From contig MU004232.1 of NCBI GenBank assembly GCA_010405405.1, positions 2,611,038-2,675,037 on the forward strand: a DNA stretch of 64,000 nucleotides. Direction: 5' to 3'. The notes beneath the pieces are model-generated. The model ran no database searches. It saw only the letters and a program-made list of their open reading frames with translations, and had not been told where the DNA came from. The DNA comes from Microthyrium microscopicum (taxonomy: Eukaryota). The translations under genes were made by a program, and so were the position numbers. Shown piece after piece: positions 25,463 through 39,636 of this stretch (positions are counted from its first letter, which is position 1; the number at the start of each line of letters is the position of its first letter).

Positions 25463-26430
25463 TTAGGCGTGAACGGTAGCCTTGTTCAACGACTTGAGGA
25501 CGTTCTTGTCGAATTGTCCCATGAAGTTTCCTGTGCGAATTAGCTTAACAAGTACTCAACAAGGTCGAGACAAAACTTACCAGCAGGTTGATAGTTGCAG
25601 ACATGGAAGATCGGGGGAACGTTGGAAGCAACATTAGCCAGACCCTGTTTGGAACAATCGAAAGACGCGCATCCAACAGCGGTGGAGCCAACCCAGACAA
25701 CCTGGGTAAAGTGACCGTATGTCTCAAAGGACTGCTCGAAGTCGGCTGGAGTGGGCTGGCCATAGTCGACAAAGTCATTGACCTCGCCGTTGTAGAATTG
25801 CTCAGTGATGACACTACCAATACCAGAAACTGGGGCACCGGCAGCAATGTTTTGACCGTAGTTACCACCGTTGACGTTCATAGAATGTCCGTAGCTGCAA
25901 GTCTGGGCAATCTGCATGGCAGTGTCAGCCAGAGCCTGGCTCCAAGCTGCGGCTGGGGCAGAGTGGTTGAGACGATGGGCGTTGTGCTGGTCAACAACGA
26001 TCTGAGCGTACGAGTTTGAGGCTGGGGCAGATGGAGCCGATGCTGGAGTCGTAGTGGTTTGGACTGGAGCCGGAGCAGCTGGAGTGGTGGTTTGCACTGG
26101 AGCTGGAGCCGCTGGAGGCTGAGTGTTCTGGACAGGAATTGGCATATGGATACCAGATTGTGGAGCATTCACAACTGGCGCAGGAACACTCGATGCTGGT
26201 GCAGGAGCCGAACTCTTGGATTTGCGACCTCCATGGCTCTGCTGTGGAGTTGGTGCTTGGCTGCTCGCGGGAGCTCCAGTGGCACCACCAGCTGGAATAG
26301 TAACGGTGGTCCAGATATCGACAACTCGGGTGACGGTGATGACACGAGGAGCCGGAGCACGCTCAACAAGTGGAACGGCATTGACTTGGGCGATAGCCGC
26401 GATAGCGGCAACAGCAATGGAGAGATGCAT
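25463..26430 (-). CDS. Secreted CAP/SCP (PR-1-like) protein with Pro/Ala/Thr-rich linker
   Basis: Signal peptide; HNAHR, YGQNIA, GHFTQVVW, VCNYQPAGN motifs; intron ~25580-25532; PAAPAPVQTTT tandem repeat. Confidence 0.92.
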
Positions 26431-29400
26431 GTTTGAGGCTAAACACAGAAGATGATGTTGTTGTGTTTGGTTATGGATTTTCCGGATCGCGGATCACGGG
26501 CAGAGCACTGGAATGAGTGTGAGTAAAAGTCTCCTGCGCCTTGATAACCTAGTGCATGAAGGGAAAGGGGAAATAAGTGATTGAAGATGAGACAGAAGAA
26601 TGATGAACAGTCTCGTCAGGGTCTGTTGATATAAAGTGCTGTCATGCCGAATATGAAGAACATGATCGAACAAATGCTAGTGCGAGCAAAAAATAACAGG
26701 AGTATTCATGAAGAATGGCTTATATGGCTTAGGCACTTGGTGATGGATAGCAATCGGAATGGTGGTGCAAGCAGTAAGGGATGTTGTGGTTGTCTCATTG
26801 CTCGGGATAAAAACAAACGCAGGACGGGTATGTGGGTACAGCTTTGGAGTTGTTGAACTCGGTCCCCTGTTGACCATGGTTTGAGACAAGCGACGAACGG
26901 AAACTTACATTGTTGATTGACTTGATGGAAGATTGCTGCAGTAGATATGGACGACCAGCAGAACTCCGCTAGGGAATCTGATTTGTTGTTTTGGTGGCGA
27001 TTTGGGAGATAAACGAGAGATAATCTTGACAAGCAAGATAAAAAGGCTGAAGAGCTGAAGAGCAACGCAAGCGTGCTGTAGTTCAAAGAGTGTAATGAGT
27101 GACAGAAGTGAAGAAAAAGAGAGTGTTGGTAGCGGTCAGAGCAAAGCAAAGATGGGAATGTGGTGGTAGAAGAAGAAGAAGAGGGAGATGCAGAGAGAGT
27201 CTGGGCGGAGATTTAAGCTGACGGCTACCAAATTTGCCCAAATGTCTTGGGGAAGGTGGAGGGCGTGCTAATATCCCGTTTAGGCTAGAGCGAGGCTCAG
27301 AAAGTGGTTGATGTGGGAAGGAGCGACAGGAGCAGCAGCAGGAGCTACCTAAGGAACCTCCCGTACGGAACCAGTACTGGGTTGACAGGGGGCAGCCGAT
27401 GGCAGGCACGGGGAACAGGAACAAGGAGAATTTCTCAAATGGAAGGAACGGGCTAGTTCCACTGTGCTTGGGCTGATTGTTCTTTCCACCTGCGACTGCT
27501 GGGATTCAGAATCTCATCTTACAATCGGCGGGCTCATTTCACCATCACGGACAGTGCGGACGGACGGCAATAAATCTACAAACGAATTCAAGACAGGTAC
27601 GAAAGACCCGTCTGGCGAGCCGCGGCAAGCTGCTTTCAATTTGCAAAAATTCTAGGAAAACTAACAGTAACAAGGCTGATTGTGCAATGTTGCGTTTCAC
27701 TGGACCTGGTTTGAAGAACGTTACTGGTGTGTGCTCAACTGTTGGAAAGCAACAACTCTAGGCCAGCGGTTGGTGCTCATTGTATGAGGCCCCAAGCTAG
27801 TATAACTAATTCTAGTGGTCAACACGAGTCTGTTGTAGACCCTGAATAATTACGGGCATAACGTCCTTAGCATAGCACGTTGTGATCAGAACGTGGGGCA
27901 CAAGTGAACGTTGACGATGCGATGTAAATAGTTCTAGTCTCAAGGGCTTCTAGACCTTGTGCCAGTATCAAACCGCCAGTCGTTCGTGCTAGTTTTAAAA
28001 GTCATTGAAAAAGTAGGGACCGATTCAAGGAAAGTCTTACTAAACCCCTGCATCACCAGCTTCCTTTCCGATCAGGGGCCATGACTGTCACTGTCAAACT
28101 GTCAATCTTCCGCCTGGTCCATCCTTGCTTTTGATCGATATCATTTCCGAAAGGGCGGAAAGCATCATTCTAACGCTCGGGAAGGCGCCGGCTTGTGGTC
28201 AACAATGTCCAGGACAAAGTGTCGCAACACAAGAGAGCAGTCGCACAGCAAACCAAGCGAGGTTGTTCATACCAGTTGTGATGGTGCCCAAGTGCTCTGT
28301 ACTTAAAGCTTAGCCATTCATCATCACCCCTTGGGTATTTCCAAAGCAACATCAATGTAGCATTTGCATCCCCATGGTACATGTTAGCGCCGTAGCAGCA
28401 AAGTGCAGCAAGGTGTGGTGAATCATCAAGAGCTTGAGAGGAAGGGACGTTGGGGGAATCTCAGATCCCTGCAACTCTCCTGTAAGGTACGCGAGCTAGG
28501 GGTTTGAACGGATCGCTGTTTGGCCAGCCATGCTTTGATCACCCGCCTTCGCACAACTTTAATTTTACCCATCCACGCCATTCACCATGGGCTGATTTGT
28601 TGAAACAGTTGAAAACCACTGCAAGATTGTGATCGTAGAGAAACTTGTCCATCTCCCTTTCGCTTATTGTCGAAACTTTCTTGACGATTTGTTTGATAAA
28701 ACTTAAACAACAAACAATGTTTCTCTCAGTCTGCGAAACAATCTGGACTCAATGGTGCACACTGCACAGCGAAAGCGCAGATGGTATGTCGTGCACAGCG
28801 CAAAGTTCTAGAAAACATCTGTATCGCGTGCTGCGGTGCTCTGTCTTGTTGTACGTTTCAGAATATCAGATTGCCCCGCTTTCATCTCGCTAGCCGTAAC
28901 GCCTCAAGGAGGTTTGAAAGCTCGGCCCTTGGCTGGAGAGATAAAAAGACTGAGGCTGACTCCAAAGTTCAAAACTGCCTTGTCTGCCCCCTTTTTGGAA
29001 GGTGACCCCTCGGCTTTGTGGTGGCGGCTCTGATTCGGCCTACGGGCTATTTTGAGACACTGGAGATTAAAATGACGTCAAGAGACTGGGCCTGAAAAAT
29101 TGATATTGCCTAAAGGAGTAATTGCGATGCTCTGGAATGGTTGTGTAAATCCTTCAGGATTCTTTGTACTTGTTTGTGGTCTAGGAAACAATTGCATTCA
29201 TGTACGTTGATGCATTCCTACAAAGATTTGTTTTGATCCGTGCATTTCATTGGATTGAACTACTGAGATGGAATGAATAATGAAATGATAGCTTGCTTGG
29301 ACAACATTGTCTTGCTAGTTATGATAATTTGCCACATAATTGAGCAGGTGGTGGAGAGAATTCGAATGCAATTTCTAGCATCTACTCTGGTACCTGAACA

Positions 29401-29491
29401 GCACATCAACTGTGTGAGGTATAAAAGTGGTTGATATGCTTATTGTATGTCTTCGTCCAGTCTTGTATGACTGCAAACAATTGTACAAGTT

Positions 29492-31045
29492 TCATGTCGA
29501 AGCATTCTCCTCATCCTCATCAGACGAGGACTCTGGACAATAGTAGTCATCATCGCAGTACATCTCAGGTTCTAAACCACCCATCAACCCCCAAAACGAC
29601 GATGCGTCGAGCTCATCATCCCACGACTCGAAAGCCAACCCAGAGAAAGGAATTCGTTGTACAACAGAAAACGGTTCTCGACCTTCAACCAGCTCCTCAG
29701 TCTCTGACTTTTCATGGTACAGCTGATGGTCAAACTCATCACAAACCTGACACTGAGATTTCCAAAAAGTAACACCGTTCTTGATATAAGGCGGAACATC
29801 CGGCGCCGTATCAGGATCCGAGAAGATTCGACCGCTATCGCTGTGTAGATGGTCTATGGTTTGGTGACTCGACATGTGAATATTGACAGCCTCGAGGTTG
29901 ATATATGGCTGGTAGCTCTTCATCACTGTCCTGACCACCTCCGATGGCTGTGGTGCTACCTTTGACAGCATCTTGGAATGCAGGAGGCCAATTATGTTGA
30001 CATGGGTTCGATATAGCTGTTCGCGCTGTTCAGGAACTAAACGCCAGGCTTGCTCGTAATGGATGACCATTGAGACTGCCAATCGTCGAAGGCCGCTCAA
30101 TCTGGATAGCGAAAAGATGTTCAGTAAGTCTGGTCGAAAGTGTAGTAGTTTGCAGTATTCTGGAAAAGCATTAGTCGTTAGTCACGATATTGCTGGTTTG
30201 CTGTATCAGTTGAGTAACAGCTCGAAATATTGTCGAGTATCTCTTCAAATCCAGTTCAATGCCAGCCCGTTGACATTTTATTCCAGCAGGCCAGCAATGT
30301 TTTGAAATAATGGAACGCAATGGTGCTAGAGGAACTTACTTTCTTCGCAGGAATACGGTAGGGTAGATACGTCGAGGCCCCACGGATTATCATGCTTACG
30401 AAAAGCTGTAAATGTAAGCTCCAGATCATTCACTGCCGTTTTACGAGCAATGAACTCGAAAACTCGTCCATGCTGCCATTGCCTAGGAAGGCTATAGAAG
30501 CTTAGTTTGCGGATATACGGAAGCGTTGATGCAGCCAAGGACGAGAGAAAGTCGAAGCAGATCGCCGTTGCAGACGCATAAGCAGGCCCTACCGCGAACT
30601 CATATTCGTACTGGTTGTCTTCTACGACTAGGAGTTTCCGCTCGTCGAAAGAAAATCGATTTTCGCCGTAGAGAATGGGTACAGCCTCAGAGTTCAGTTG
30701 TCGACATGCGCTGAGCAAGGCCACGTTCGGATACCACGGGCTGTAGTCTGGATGTTCTTTGGAAGCCTCCAGTGGCAGTTTGAGACTGCATGCCCGTTTC
30801 TTTCGAGGTGATGTCTTTGTTTGGCATTGTCGGAGGGCGGGATGAAGATGCCCAGTAAACACGTCCTTTTGATCTTGGCCGTAAAATCTTGGACAGAATT
30901 CGCTGCCCAGATATGTATTGCAGCAACAAAATGATGGATATTTCGTCGTGTTGTATATTGACAGCGGCTTGGGAGAAACTAATGCCAGTCTGTACATCTC
31001 GTCGCGAAGCTCGCGAGGCAGGCGGAGAAACCCGAAGGTGGACAT
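29492..31045 (-). CDS. Hypothetical protein with N-terminal F-box-like motif
   Basis: FGFLRLPRELRDEMYRLAL and LLSACRQLNSEAVPILYGENRFSF; 180-nt intron 30339-30160 joins the two ORFs in frame. Confidence 0.75.
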
Positions 31046-31727
31046 GCTGCGGGACTTGAAAATTGAAGTTAGATGATGCTTGTTGGATTTCCGAAGGAAG
31101 TTGGGAGTTGTAAAGGACAATGAGACTTAAATACAGCTCTCACCTACATCCTTCAGATCCTTCTGGCCCCCATCCCACCAGCTAAGCCGCTTCCATTTGC
31201 AGACACCGTAGGCATTTATTCTATCAAGCAAATGTAATTCGCAGGGTCGGCCATTCTCAGAATGATTTTTTCATCTTTGGTTTAGTAAAAACAATCAAAA
31301 TACTATTGTAGAGTACGAGTTCCCATGGCGGGATTGTCTCAGCGAAGACAATCCTCTTTAAACTTTTCTATGCTTCAAACTTTCATTTCATTAAGTAGCT
31401 GTGAACCGCAGACCTGGATTCGGTTCTTAAAAATAGGGCAGAGAGATGCTTTCCTTCAGGTTGGTGTAACCAGGTAAACCCAGGTTTTAATCTATTCATA
31501 TTGATCCCGAATTTCCGTCAGGCCAGGAATAATCCGGTAATATAGCTCAATACTTCAACCTCACAGAACGCAAGTCCACGCTGAACATATTGTCAGCATG
31601 GAAAAGCGAGTTCCCAGTGTTCCTAAGGATCCAGCAGATCTCGACTTAAAAAGCGTATCTTCTAATCTCAATCTACAACCTGATATCTGATCTCTATCAC
31701 TGGAGACCGCTGGTTCCCTAAACCTTG

Positions 31728-32264
31728 ATGTATTTCCATCTTTTGACCCTCATCTGGGTTTACGCCTCTTTCGCCTCAGCAACCATCACATTCAGGCTAC
31801 AAAAAGCCGCAAATCCAACAGCAGACCAAGCAGATGCATACACTCACATCGAATCCGTTATGCGAACAGCCATCGCACGCTACAGCAAATACGCTACCCG
31901 TCCAAACAAGAACATCACTGTCCAATATGTCCCCAGCGTAGCCACTGCCGACGGAAACTTCAATGGCAACTTGCGCTTCGGTAAAGGCCGTCAATATATG
32001 AACGAGAGAACTGCGCTCCACGAAATAGCCCATACACTGGGGATCGGCCAAACGAAAGCGTTCGATACTAGATGTGCTGCGAACAATTGGCCATCGGGAA
32101 CGAAGCTATTGCGGACATGGGATGGACCGAATGCGAAGATCAATTGTGGTGGAGGACATATTTGGCCGTATGGATTAAATTATGATAAGGAGATGAGTGA
32201 GACGAATGCCGTTCGTCATTGTCAGTTGATAGATGCGTTGCTTGCTGATGGACTGGCCGGATGA
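31728..32264 (+). CDS. Small secreted HEXXH zincin-like protein
   Basis: Signal peptide; ALHEIAHTLGIG motif; GHIWPYGLNY; intronless. Confidence 0.8.
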   Translation: MYFHLLTLIWVYASFASATITFRLQKAANPTADQADAYTHIESVMRTAIARYSKYATRPNKNITVQYVPSVATADGNFNGNLRFGKGRQYMNERTALHEIAHTLGIGQTKAFDTRCAANNWPSGTKLLRTWDGPNAKINCGGGHIWPYGLNYDKEMSETNAVRHCQLIDALLADGLAG

Positions 32265-33117
32265 TTGACTGGATCAAGATCCAACAATGCTTTATACTAC
32301 AGGTAGCATGTATCTCAATGAAGACCCTATCTGGGAAACTAAATCGCATCGCGACTTTCTAGCACAGGTTGACAGCGCACCTATGGCAGATAGCGCTTGA
32401 TACATTGTCTCGCGCCAGATGTAGTGTATTTGCAATCTGTTATACGGAAAGATTCTGCGACTGTATTTTTCATTTTGGTCTACATGATTCAAGCTTTCGA
32501 GATATCTGTAATTTACCTAGTGATTACTCTATCCTGGCGATTCCAGAAGTTATTGAATCCAATTGCTGTCAGGCTAACGGCTCCAACCGATGGACAAAAT
32601 AAATGGCGTGCCCCCATCGACTTCGAGAGCTCCTACACAACACCCGCTTTGGTATCGAGTACTTTATTCATCATATATAGTGTCCAGACTTGGATCGTTT
32701 ATCGAATGCGATGGAAAGTATAACACCGCTTAATTAAAAGCTTTCGTGGGAGCCAGCAAGGTTGATGGGAGAACGCCAGTTATTTTGTCATGCGGTTGCG
32801 GCTCATAACGGCTTCAAGGTTCACAATAATATTTTTTGGACATATTTTAAAAATATAGAAAACTGAAAAAATTCCAATATACCATTTAGCGTGATCGGAA
32901 TTATCAGAAAAAAAGTTAGATGGGGGTGAAGTTGTGAACTAAATCAATTCATTATTTTTATATTTTTGTACCTTTTGGTTTTTTCTGCTGTGAACCACGC
33001 AGCCGATGAGACGTCAAACTTGAGCCAGTCAACAATACTCCATATTCAGAAACTATGTCGCATGTTGGCTTGCGCGAAGGTACTCTATGAAAGCTTCCAA
33101 ACGCACATCATGTCGCG

Positions 33118-35067
33118 ATGCTATTGCTGTCGGCACTCTATCGCGCTCGCTCATGTCGATTGCGGTTCTACGACGTTCATTTTTTGGTCACAAGCTCACT
33201 GATACGGGAATACTCTCACTTCTCAGGCGCTATGATATCCCCGTATGACGACGATAATCACGAATTCTTTCGATACACTTCCGGAAGATGGCTCTGGAAC
33301 GAGAAGGAGCAATTACTTGAACGATACCGACGATTCAATGTTTTGGAACTACAGCTTGCTGCGGCCAATGCTGTAGGCTCGCATTGTGCTAAAATGACCA
33401 AAATCGGCGAAGGGAACTTCAACAAGGTCTTCAAATTGACTATGGAAGACCAATCTACAGTCATTGCTCGAATTCCACACCCGAATGCTGGTCCACCAAG
33501 AATAACAACCGCATCCGAGGTAGCAACAATGGATTTTGTGAGCCTGACGCCTTAGAGCTTCCCCAATATATACATCTGGACTAAATTTTTCACAGGCGCG
33601 ATCTGTTCTCGGTATCCCAGTACCTAGGGTGTTGGCTTATTGTGCCAATACCACAAATCCTGTGGGTTCGGAATACATCTTAATGGAGATAGCAAGTGGA
33701 GCACAATTATCCGAGGTTTGGGACCATATGGAGATTGATGATCAGGCAAAAGTTGTGGAAAGCGTGACAGATGTCGAGACCAAATTCTTATCCATCTCTT
33801 TTGCTCAGTACGTTCCCTATCCCTCGCATCATTCTTGAGCCACTCCATGCTGATGAAGAAGTTTAGATCTGGTGCCCTATTCTATGCGAAGGACATGCCC
33901 AATTGCACGCCTGCGGAGATTAACGGTGAGGTATCGCAAGTGGTCAAAGATGATATTCGACGCCGATTTGTCCTTGGTCCCACTGTCGAGAGAGAGTTTT
34001 GGGAAGAAGAAAGGGCGCAGATGGATCTGGATCGCGGTCCCTGTCAGTGCTCTACACATACTTCGTGCCTCACGTCTTGTTCTAATATATGAGAAGGGAC
34101 TTCGGCAAACGCATATATGGAAGCGATAGCTCACCGTGAAATACGATGGATTCAACAGTATGCAAAACCAAGGACACCTTCAGTTCCTTTACAATCGTCT
34201 GCAGCTCAGGACTCACCTGTGGCGCACACGGACTTGCTACAAAAATATCTCAGCGTCATCGCCAAACTCATTCCTACGGAGAAAGACTTGCTCCTTCCAA
34301 CGTTATGGCATCGCGATCTCCACAGGGGCAACGTGTTTGTAAAGGATGGCGAGGTCTCTTCCATCATAGATTGGCAATCAGTTTGGGTCGGTCCTCGAAT
34401 TCTTCGCGCTCGAAATCCCCAGCTGGTTGATTATGATGGAACAATCCAGACGAAATTACTCGAGGGCTTCAAAGATTTAGGCCCGGAAGAAAAGAACCAG
34501 GTACGTGATGATGTTCGGCGGTCAATCTTATTATATATCTACGAAACGACAACAGCCAGTCGGAATCCCGCTTTGTACAAAGTTATGCGCTGTCCAAACG
34601 GCAAGACATTGGACCAACTGCTCGAATTTGCGAGTGATTCTTGGGATGGAGATATTTTGCCACTCCGCGAGGTTCTTATACGGATAGAAAGGTTTGCCAC
34701 GAGCTCTCAATCGATCCATGAGGCATCAAATTAATCATTTACCAGGGATTGGCACCTTACTGACACCACGTCACAATGCCCGTATCACTTTTCCAAAGAG
34801 GAGATCGCCCAGCATCGTAGAGACGGCGAAGGATTTAACGAGACCGCCGAATTTTGGGAGAACCTCGAGGGTCGTGTCGATCGAACTGGCTATACATTAC
34901 CTCAACATTTCGAAGATGCCGTTGCATATTTTTCGAAGCTAAGGGAAGTAGGTCTGGAAACTTTGGAAGATGAGGAACGCAAGACTTTTGACCTTCAAAC
35001 GCGGTGGCTGCTTGATTATGCGACCGACGATGGGTCGCCAAGTGAAAAGTGTTCCAATGCTCCGTAG
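33118..35067 (+). CDS. APH/kinase-like phosphotransferase (AIM9-like); exact start uncertain
   Basis: FFRYTSGRWL, EGNFNKVF, VIARIP..TASEVATMDF, LWHRDLHRGNVFV, IIDWQ; several introns; stop TAG 35065-35067. Confidence 0.88.
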
Positions 35068-36092
35068 CAAGACAAAACAGCGTGGATGATATTGTATTAG
35101 TAGTTTTTGAGAGCGGCTTCGAGGTAACATAATGGGAGTGGTCTAAGTACTCGCGTCATGTAGTACATGAGCTATTCTTAGCCTATGGAGTAGACAGTGA
35201 CTTGAGTGATTTCCGTTTGATATCTCTTTCAAAGTTCTCAGACTCTTCAGCGCGAATCAAAGTTTTGTTGACTTTCGCATTATAAATGAGTAGATTCGAG
35301 TCGAAGCTTACCAGCTCTGATTATCCAGCAGATACTTCTTTATGTAGAAGCAACATTCATTCATTATTAGCCATAATCTACCAAGAAGATCAAATAAGTT
35401 CTCAGTTGTTCAGGCGGATGTTTGAACGCTTTCAGTTATTGTAGTTCCGTACTACCACCAGTGAGGCAGTTTAGGGTATTCTCATGACTTACCAGAATGG
35501 TCAATGATGGAACAAACTTTATGGCAAAACAAAACATCTACTGATCGTTGCCAAATGATCTACGCCTGTGTAACTTGAAGTCGAAACGGAAATAACACAT
35601 ACCTGGTCCATAAGCACCAATGATCCAGTGACTTCTGTCCAGCATTTCAACACAAGTTCTCGAGATTCTTCCACTTAACCTTCTCTCGCGCGAAAGGAAA
35701 CATAAGGGATGTCAGAAGTACGAGTTTCGCAATGCACTCATTGGTCTTCCTACCGAACATGAAGCGAATGACAGAGCAGTCAAGTTTCGACATGGCCACC
35801 CCTGTTTCTCTCACAACTACTGGTAAAATGCATGTTGGAAAGGGTGTGTAACATGTAGTTCCAAGAAAGCCAGTCCAAATGTGCTCAGGATCCGTGACTA
35901 GTAACCTTGAAGAGTTCATGGAATTCATGCGGGGAAATTGAACAGGATGCACCACGTCCATGTTTTTATTCGCTGTTCGCGATATTCTATCCCGGTCCTA
36001 CGAAGTGGAGATCTCACTGCCTCGTCAAGTTAAAGATATCCCGAATATCCTGTTGAAATGGTACGAATGGCTTATTCTTAAACAATACCAAA

Positions 36093-38242
36093 ATGATGTC
36101 GCAGTTCAAAGAGAAAATCCGAAAAGAGGTTCGAACGGATGCAAACATTCAAAATGCGTTGAAGTTTTCAAGATTTGGCTTGCTAGCATTTCCGCGTGAA
36201 GCTACAAAATATCTTCTGGAGAAATTACCGATCATCCAATGGATCCCGCATTACAACATACGCTGGATAGGAAATGACATTCTCGGTGGGCTTACTGTTG
36301 GAGTTATGCTGGTAAGGACTCAATTCATTTCTCATACTCATCTTGCTGTAGAGCCAACACTAATCGATTGCAGGTACCACAAGGTCTAGCATATGCCAAA
36401 ATTGCGAATATTCCGGTTGCGAATGGACTCTTCTCTAGCTGGCTACCAGCTTTGATCTATACCGTGATGGGGACTTCTAAAGGTGAGCTGCAACATGTAA
36501 TACCCTTCTCGTATTCTTGCTAAAAGTCCAAAGAAATATCAACCGGACCGACCTCAATTCTAGGTCTACTAACGGCTACTATCGTCAAAGATATGAGCAA
36601 GGAAAACTACGCACCTGAAGTTACTGCCGCTGCAGTGGCTTTGATGGTAGGAATATACAGTTTCTTCTTGGGCGTCCTCAAACTTGGGTTCCTCTTGGAT
36701 TTTATATCTGCTCCTGTCTTGACTGGATTTATATCGGGAGCGGCGATAGTCATCATGCTTGGTCAAGCAGCATCTATATTTGGTCTCACTATAACTGGAT
36801 CAGGTTCTGCAGCTATTATCCGGGAAGTACTCAGAAACCTCGGACACTCCAAATGGCAAACAGTCTTGATTTCGTTTTCGGGAATCGCTATCCTTCAAAC
36901 TCTACAATGGACTGGAAAGAAATATGGCAAGAAATACAAGGTATTCAAAGTGCTTTCGATTGCTCGAGCCTTTATTGTCCTCGTTCTGTTTACTGGAATA
37001 TCGTATGGTGTCAATCACAATCGAAAAGCCAACCCAATTTTCGCCATAGTCAAGATCACATCAAAGAGCTTGCCTCATCCGCGCTTACCGGATACTAATT
37101 TATTCAGCAAAGTTGCTCAGAAAGCCATTGCACCATTAATCGCTGCAGCGCTGGAACACATTGCGATTGGAAAGGCATTTGGCCTAAAGAATGGTTATGA
37201 TCTTGATCCATCACAGGAACTGGTTTACCTCGGGGTCACCAACTTCTTCAACAGCTTCTTCTTATCCATGCCTGTTGGTGGAGCCATGTCGCGTACTGCC
37301 GTCAACAGTGATACCGGTGTTAAGTCTCCCCTCAATGGTTTACTGACTGCCGGGGTGGTTCTACTGGCAATTTACAAGCTGTCAGGAGTTCTCTACTGGA
37401 TTCCAAGCGCCACTTTAGCAGCCATCATCGTCACTGCTGTTTATCACCTCGTCGGACCTCTATCTCTGTTTTACCGCTTCTGGAGAACGAGCTTCCTAGA
37501 CTTCATCGCCTCCATGGTTTGCTTTTGGATTACCATATTTGTCTCCGCTGAGACTGGTATCGAGGCCGCTGCTGGATTCTGCGTGGCTTACACACTCGTT
37601 CGCTTTGCATTCTCTTCCCCTGCTGTAGTAAAACCAAGCAAAGCGATGTACGACTCACCCTCCTCATCATATAGCGACTACTCGGACGATGCGAAAGCCT
37701 TTCGATTCAAAGAATCGATACTATTCCCAAATGCACGCCAGGCGAAAGATAAAGTCTTGAGACAGCTCCTTGTCCATCATTTCAACATCAGAGATGCCCA
37801 AAGTCAAAGCGGCTCAGATATAGACCGTTCATGGTCAGTCGCTGGAAAGAACCGCATCAAACGACTTCGAAGCGAAAATAAAGTTACTACGGAAACACTT
37901 AGCTCCCTTCGCATAGTTGTCCTGGATTTTGAGCGGGTGGCTCATGTAGACAGCACTGGCTTGATCGCTCTGAGAGAACTATGCGTAGAAATTTCTCGAT
38001 TCTTTGGAGATGATGTCGAGATTCGATTTGTGGGTTTGAATGATTCGGTCAAGACACGCTTCGCGCGATTTGGAGATTGGGACTTGGTGAACGTTGATAC
38101 AGAATCAATCAGTAGCGACCATGGTATTGGAATCTATCCAAGCATTCGGGCGGCTATGACTGGGCTACGTCGAAAGAACACTAACTCAACAGTATCGGAT
38201 GTGCGGATCATTGACGAACCTAAAATTGATCATTCGATTTAG
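36093..38242 (+). CDS. SulP/SLC26 anion (sulfate) permease with STAS domain
   Basis: DILGGLTVGVMLVPQGLAYA, MGTSKEISTGP, GAMSRTAVNS..GVKSPL, VVLDFERVAHVDSTG; introns ~36312-36373 and ~36483-36533. Confidence 0.93.
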
Positions 38243-39636
38243 TTATACTTCAGGGTCACTCGGACTTTGCGAGAACGCATGAAATAATTTAATGACTTTT
38301 CTTTCATCATTGTTGCTCAAGATACTAGCGAATGTCCATTACTATTGATGACAACCCAGCAAGAGGTGAGAGTTGAAAAGGTGTAATGGAGACTGCGTAT
38401 GATTCTGTCGCACTTGATGGTGGACATAGAGGGCTGCTCTATGGAAGCCACAACGCGCGATGGATGGATAACCGTGAATAGTATATATCCTGCAGAAGAA
38501 CTTACCGCAGGTCGAAGGCGGTAAGGTGTCGTCAAGTCAGGTTTCATTGCTTCCTCCTGATCCAAACTCATTCTTCGATTTGGACGTGCGGTGTCCTAGC
38601 AGAGAAGTTTGACACCCGGTACTGGTATCAGGACATCGAGTATAACAGATACCTCAAAACCTACCTTTAGCAACTGCCAAAAAGAGACCGAGCTGACAGA
38701 TGCCTATGCATAGATTCACAGCTAAGGCAAAGGAAGTCACCAAATAGGTAAGAAAGCCCAGAAATCCACGACCTCAAAAAGAAGCCGTGGCTCCAACACT
38801 GCAACACACCCACATATCTCCTCCAAAACAACCCAACGTCCATCGAAAAAATAAAAATTCAGCGCATTTCCAATCCCTGGATTGGAAATACACCTATAAA
38901 ACCCTCTTTCGAGATTTTTGCATTGTGACGATCCCTTCGCTTGAACCCGTCACCTTCAGCTAGATAATTCTTTGCGCTGGTTTTAGGCTAGTTGAAATGA
39001 TGGTGACTAACAGACCTGCTCCTACCCCAATTGGTAGGAACACCGTTGTTAGCTGTCAAATCAAGCTAGCCCAGGGACATAACAGAGAGCTTGCGAATTC
39101 AATTCTGACTTCGACTAATTGTGCTTGTGTTATTTTTCGGTTAAGAACAAATTACACTGACAACGAATATATACTGCTCTTATGCCCCAATTCTCTATAC
39201 TGTAGAAAAAATCCTGCAACAAATCCCCGTTTCTTGATGCTTGTGGTTCATTTGACTGTGAGAATGAAATTCGCCGTGTCTGTCACTGCAATTTTTGGAA
39301 TCGCTCTTTCGCCAAAATTGATGGCTCTTGCCCCAGAAAGAGCCTGGAGATATCCTTCTGACGCGTGAACACCGAAAGTCGCCCTCCGTTTTGGGAGATG
39401 CCTCCTTCCTGAAAGACATGTCGTTGTTTATCCATAAGGCTGCATGCGAGGCTGAAATGGACGAACTAGTCTAGCATTGATCCCGACCTCGGTCCCTTAT
39501 TCCCGTCCGGAAATGGCAATCAACTCCACCACTCCACATCCAATGACCAAGGTACTAGCTACCACGAAAGCCCAAATGCACCTCGCTTGTACATCACCAT
39601 GATTAAATTCTCTTGTAGAAATTTGTATCAAGCAAT

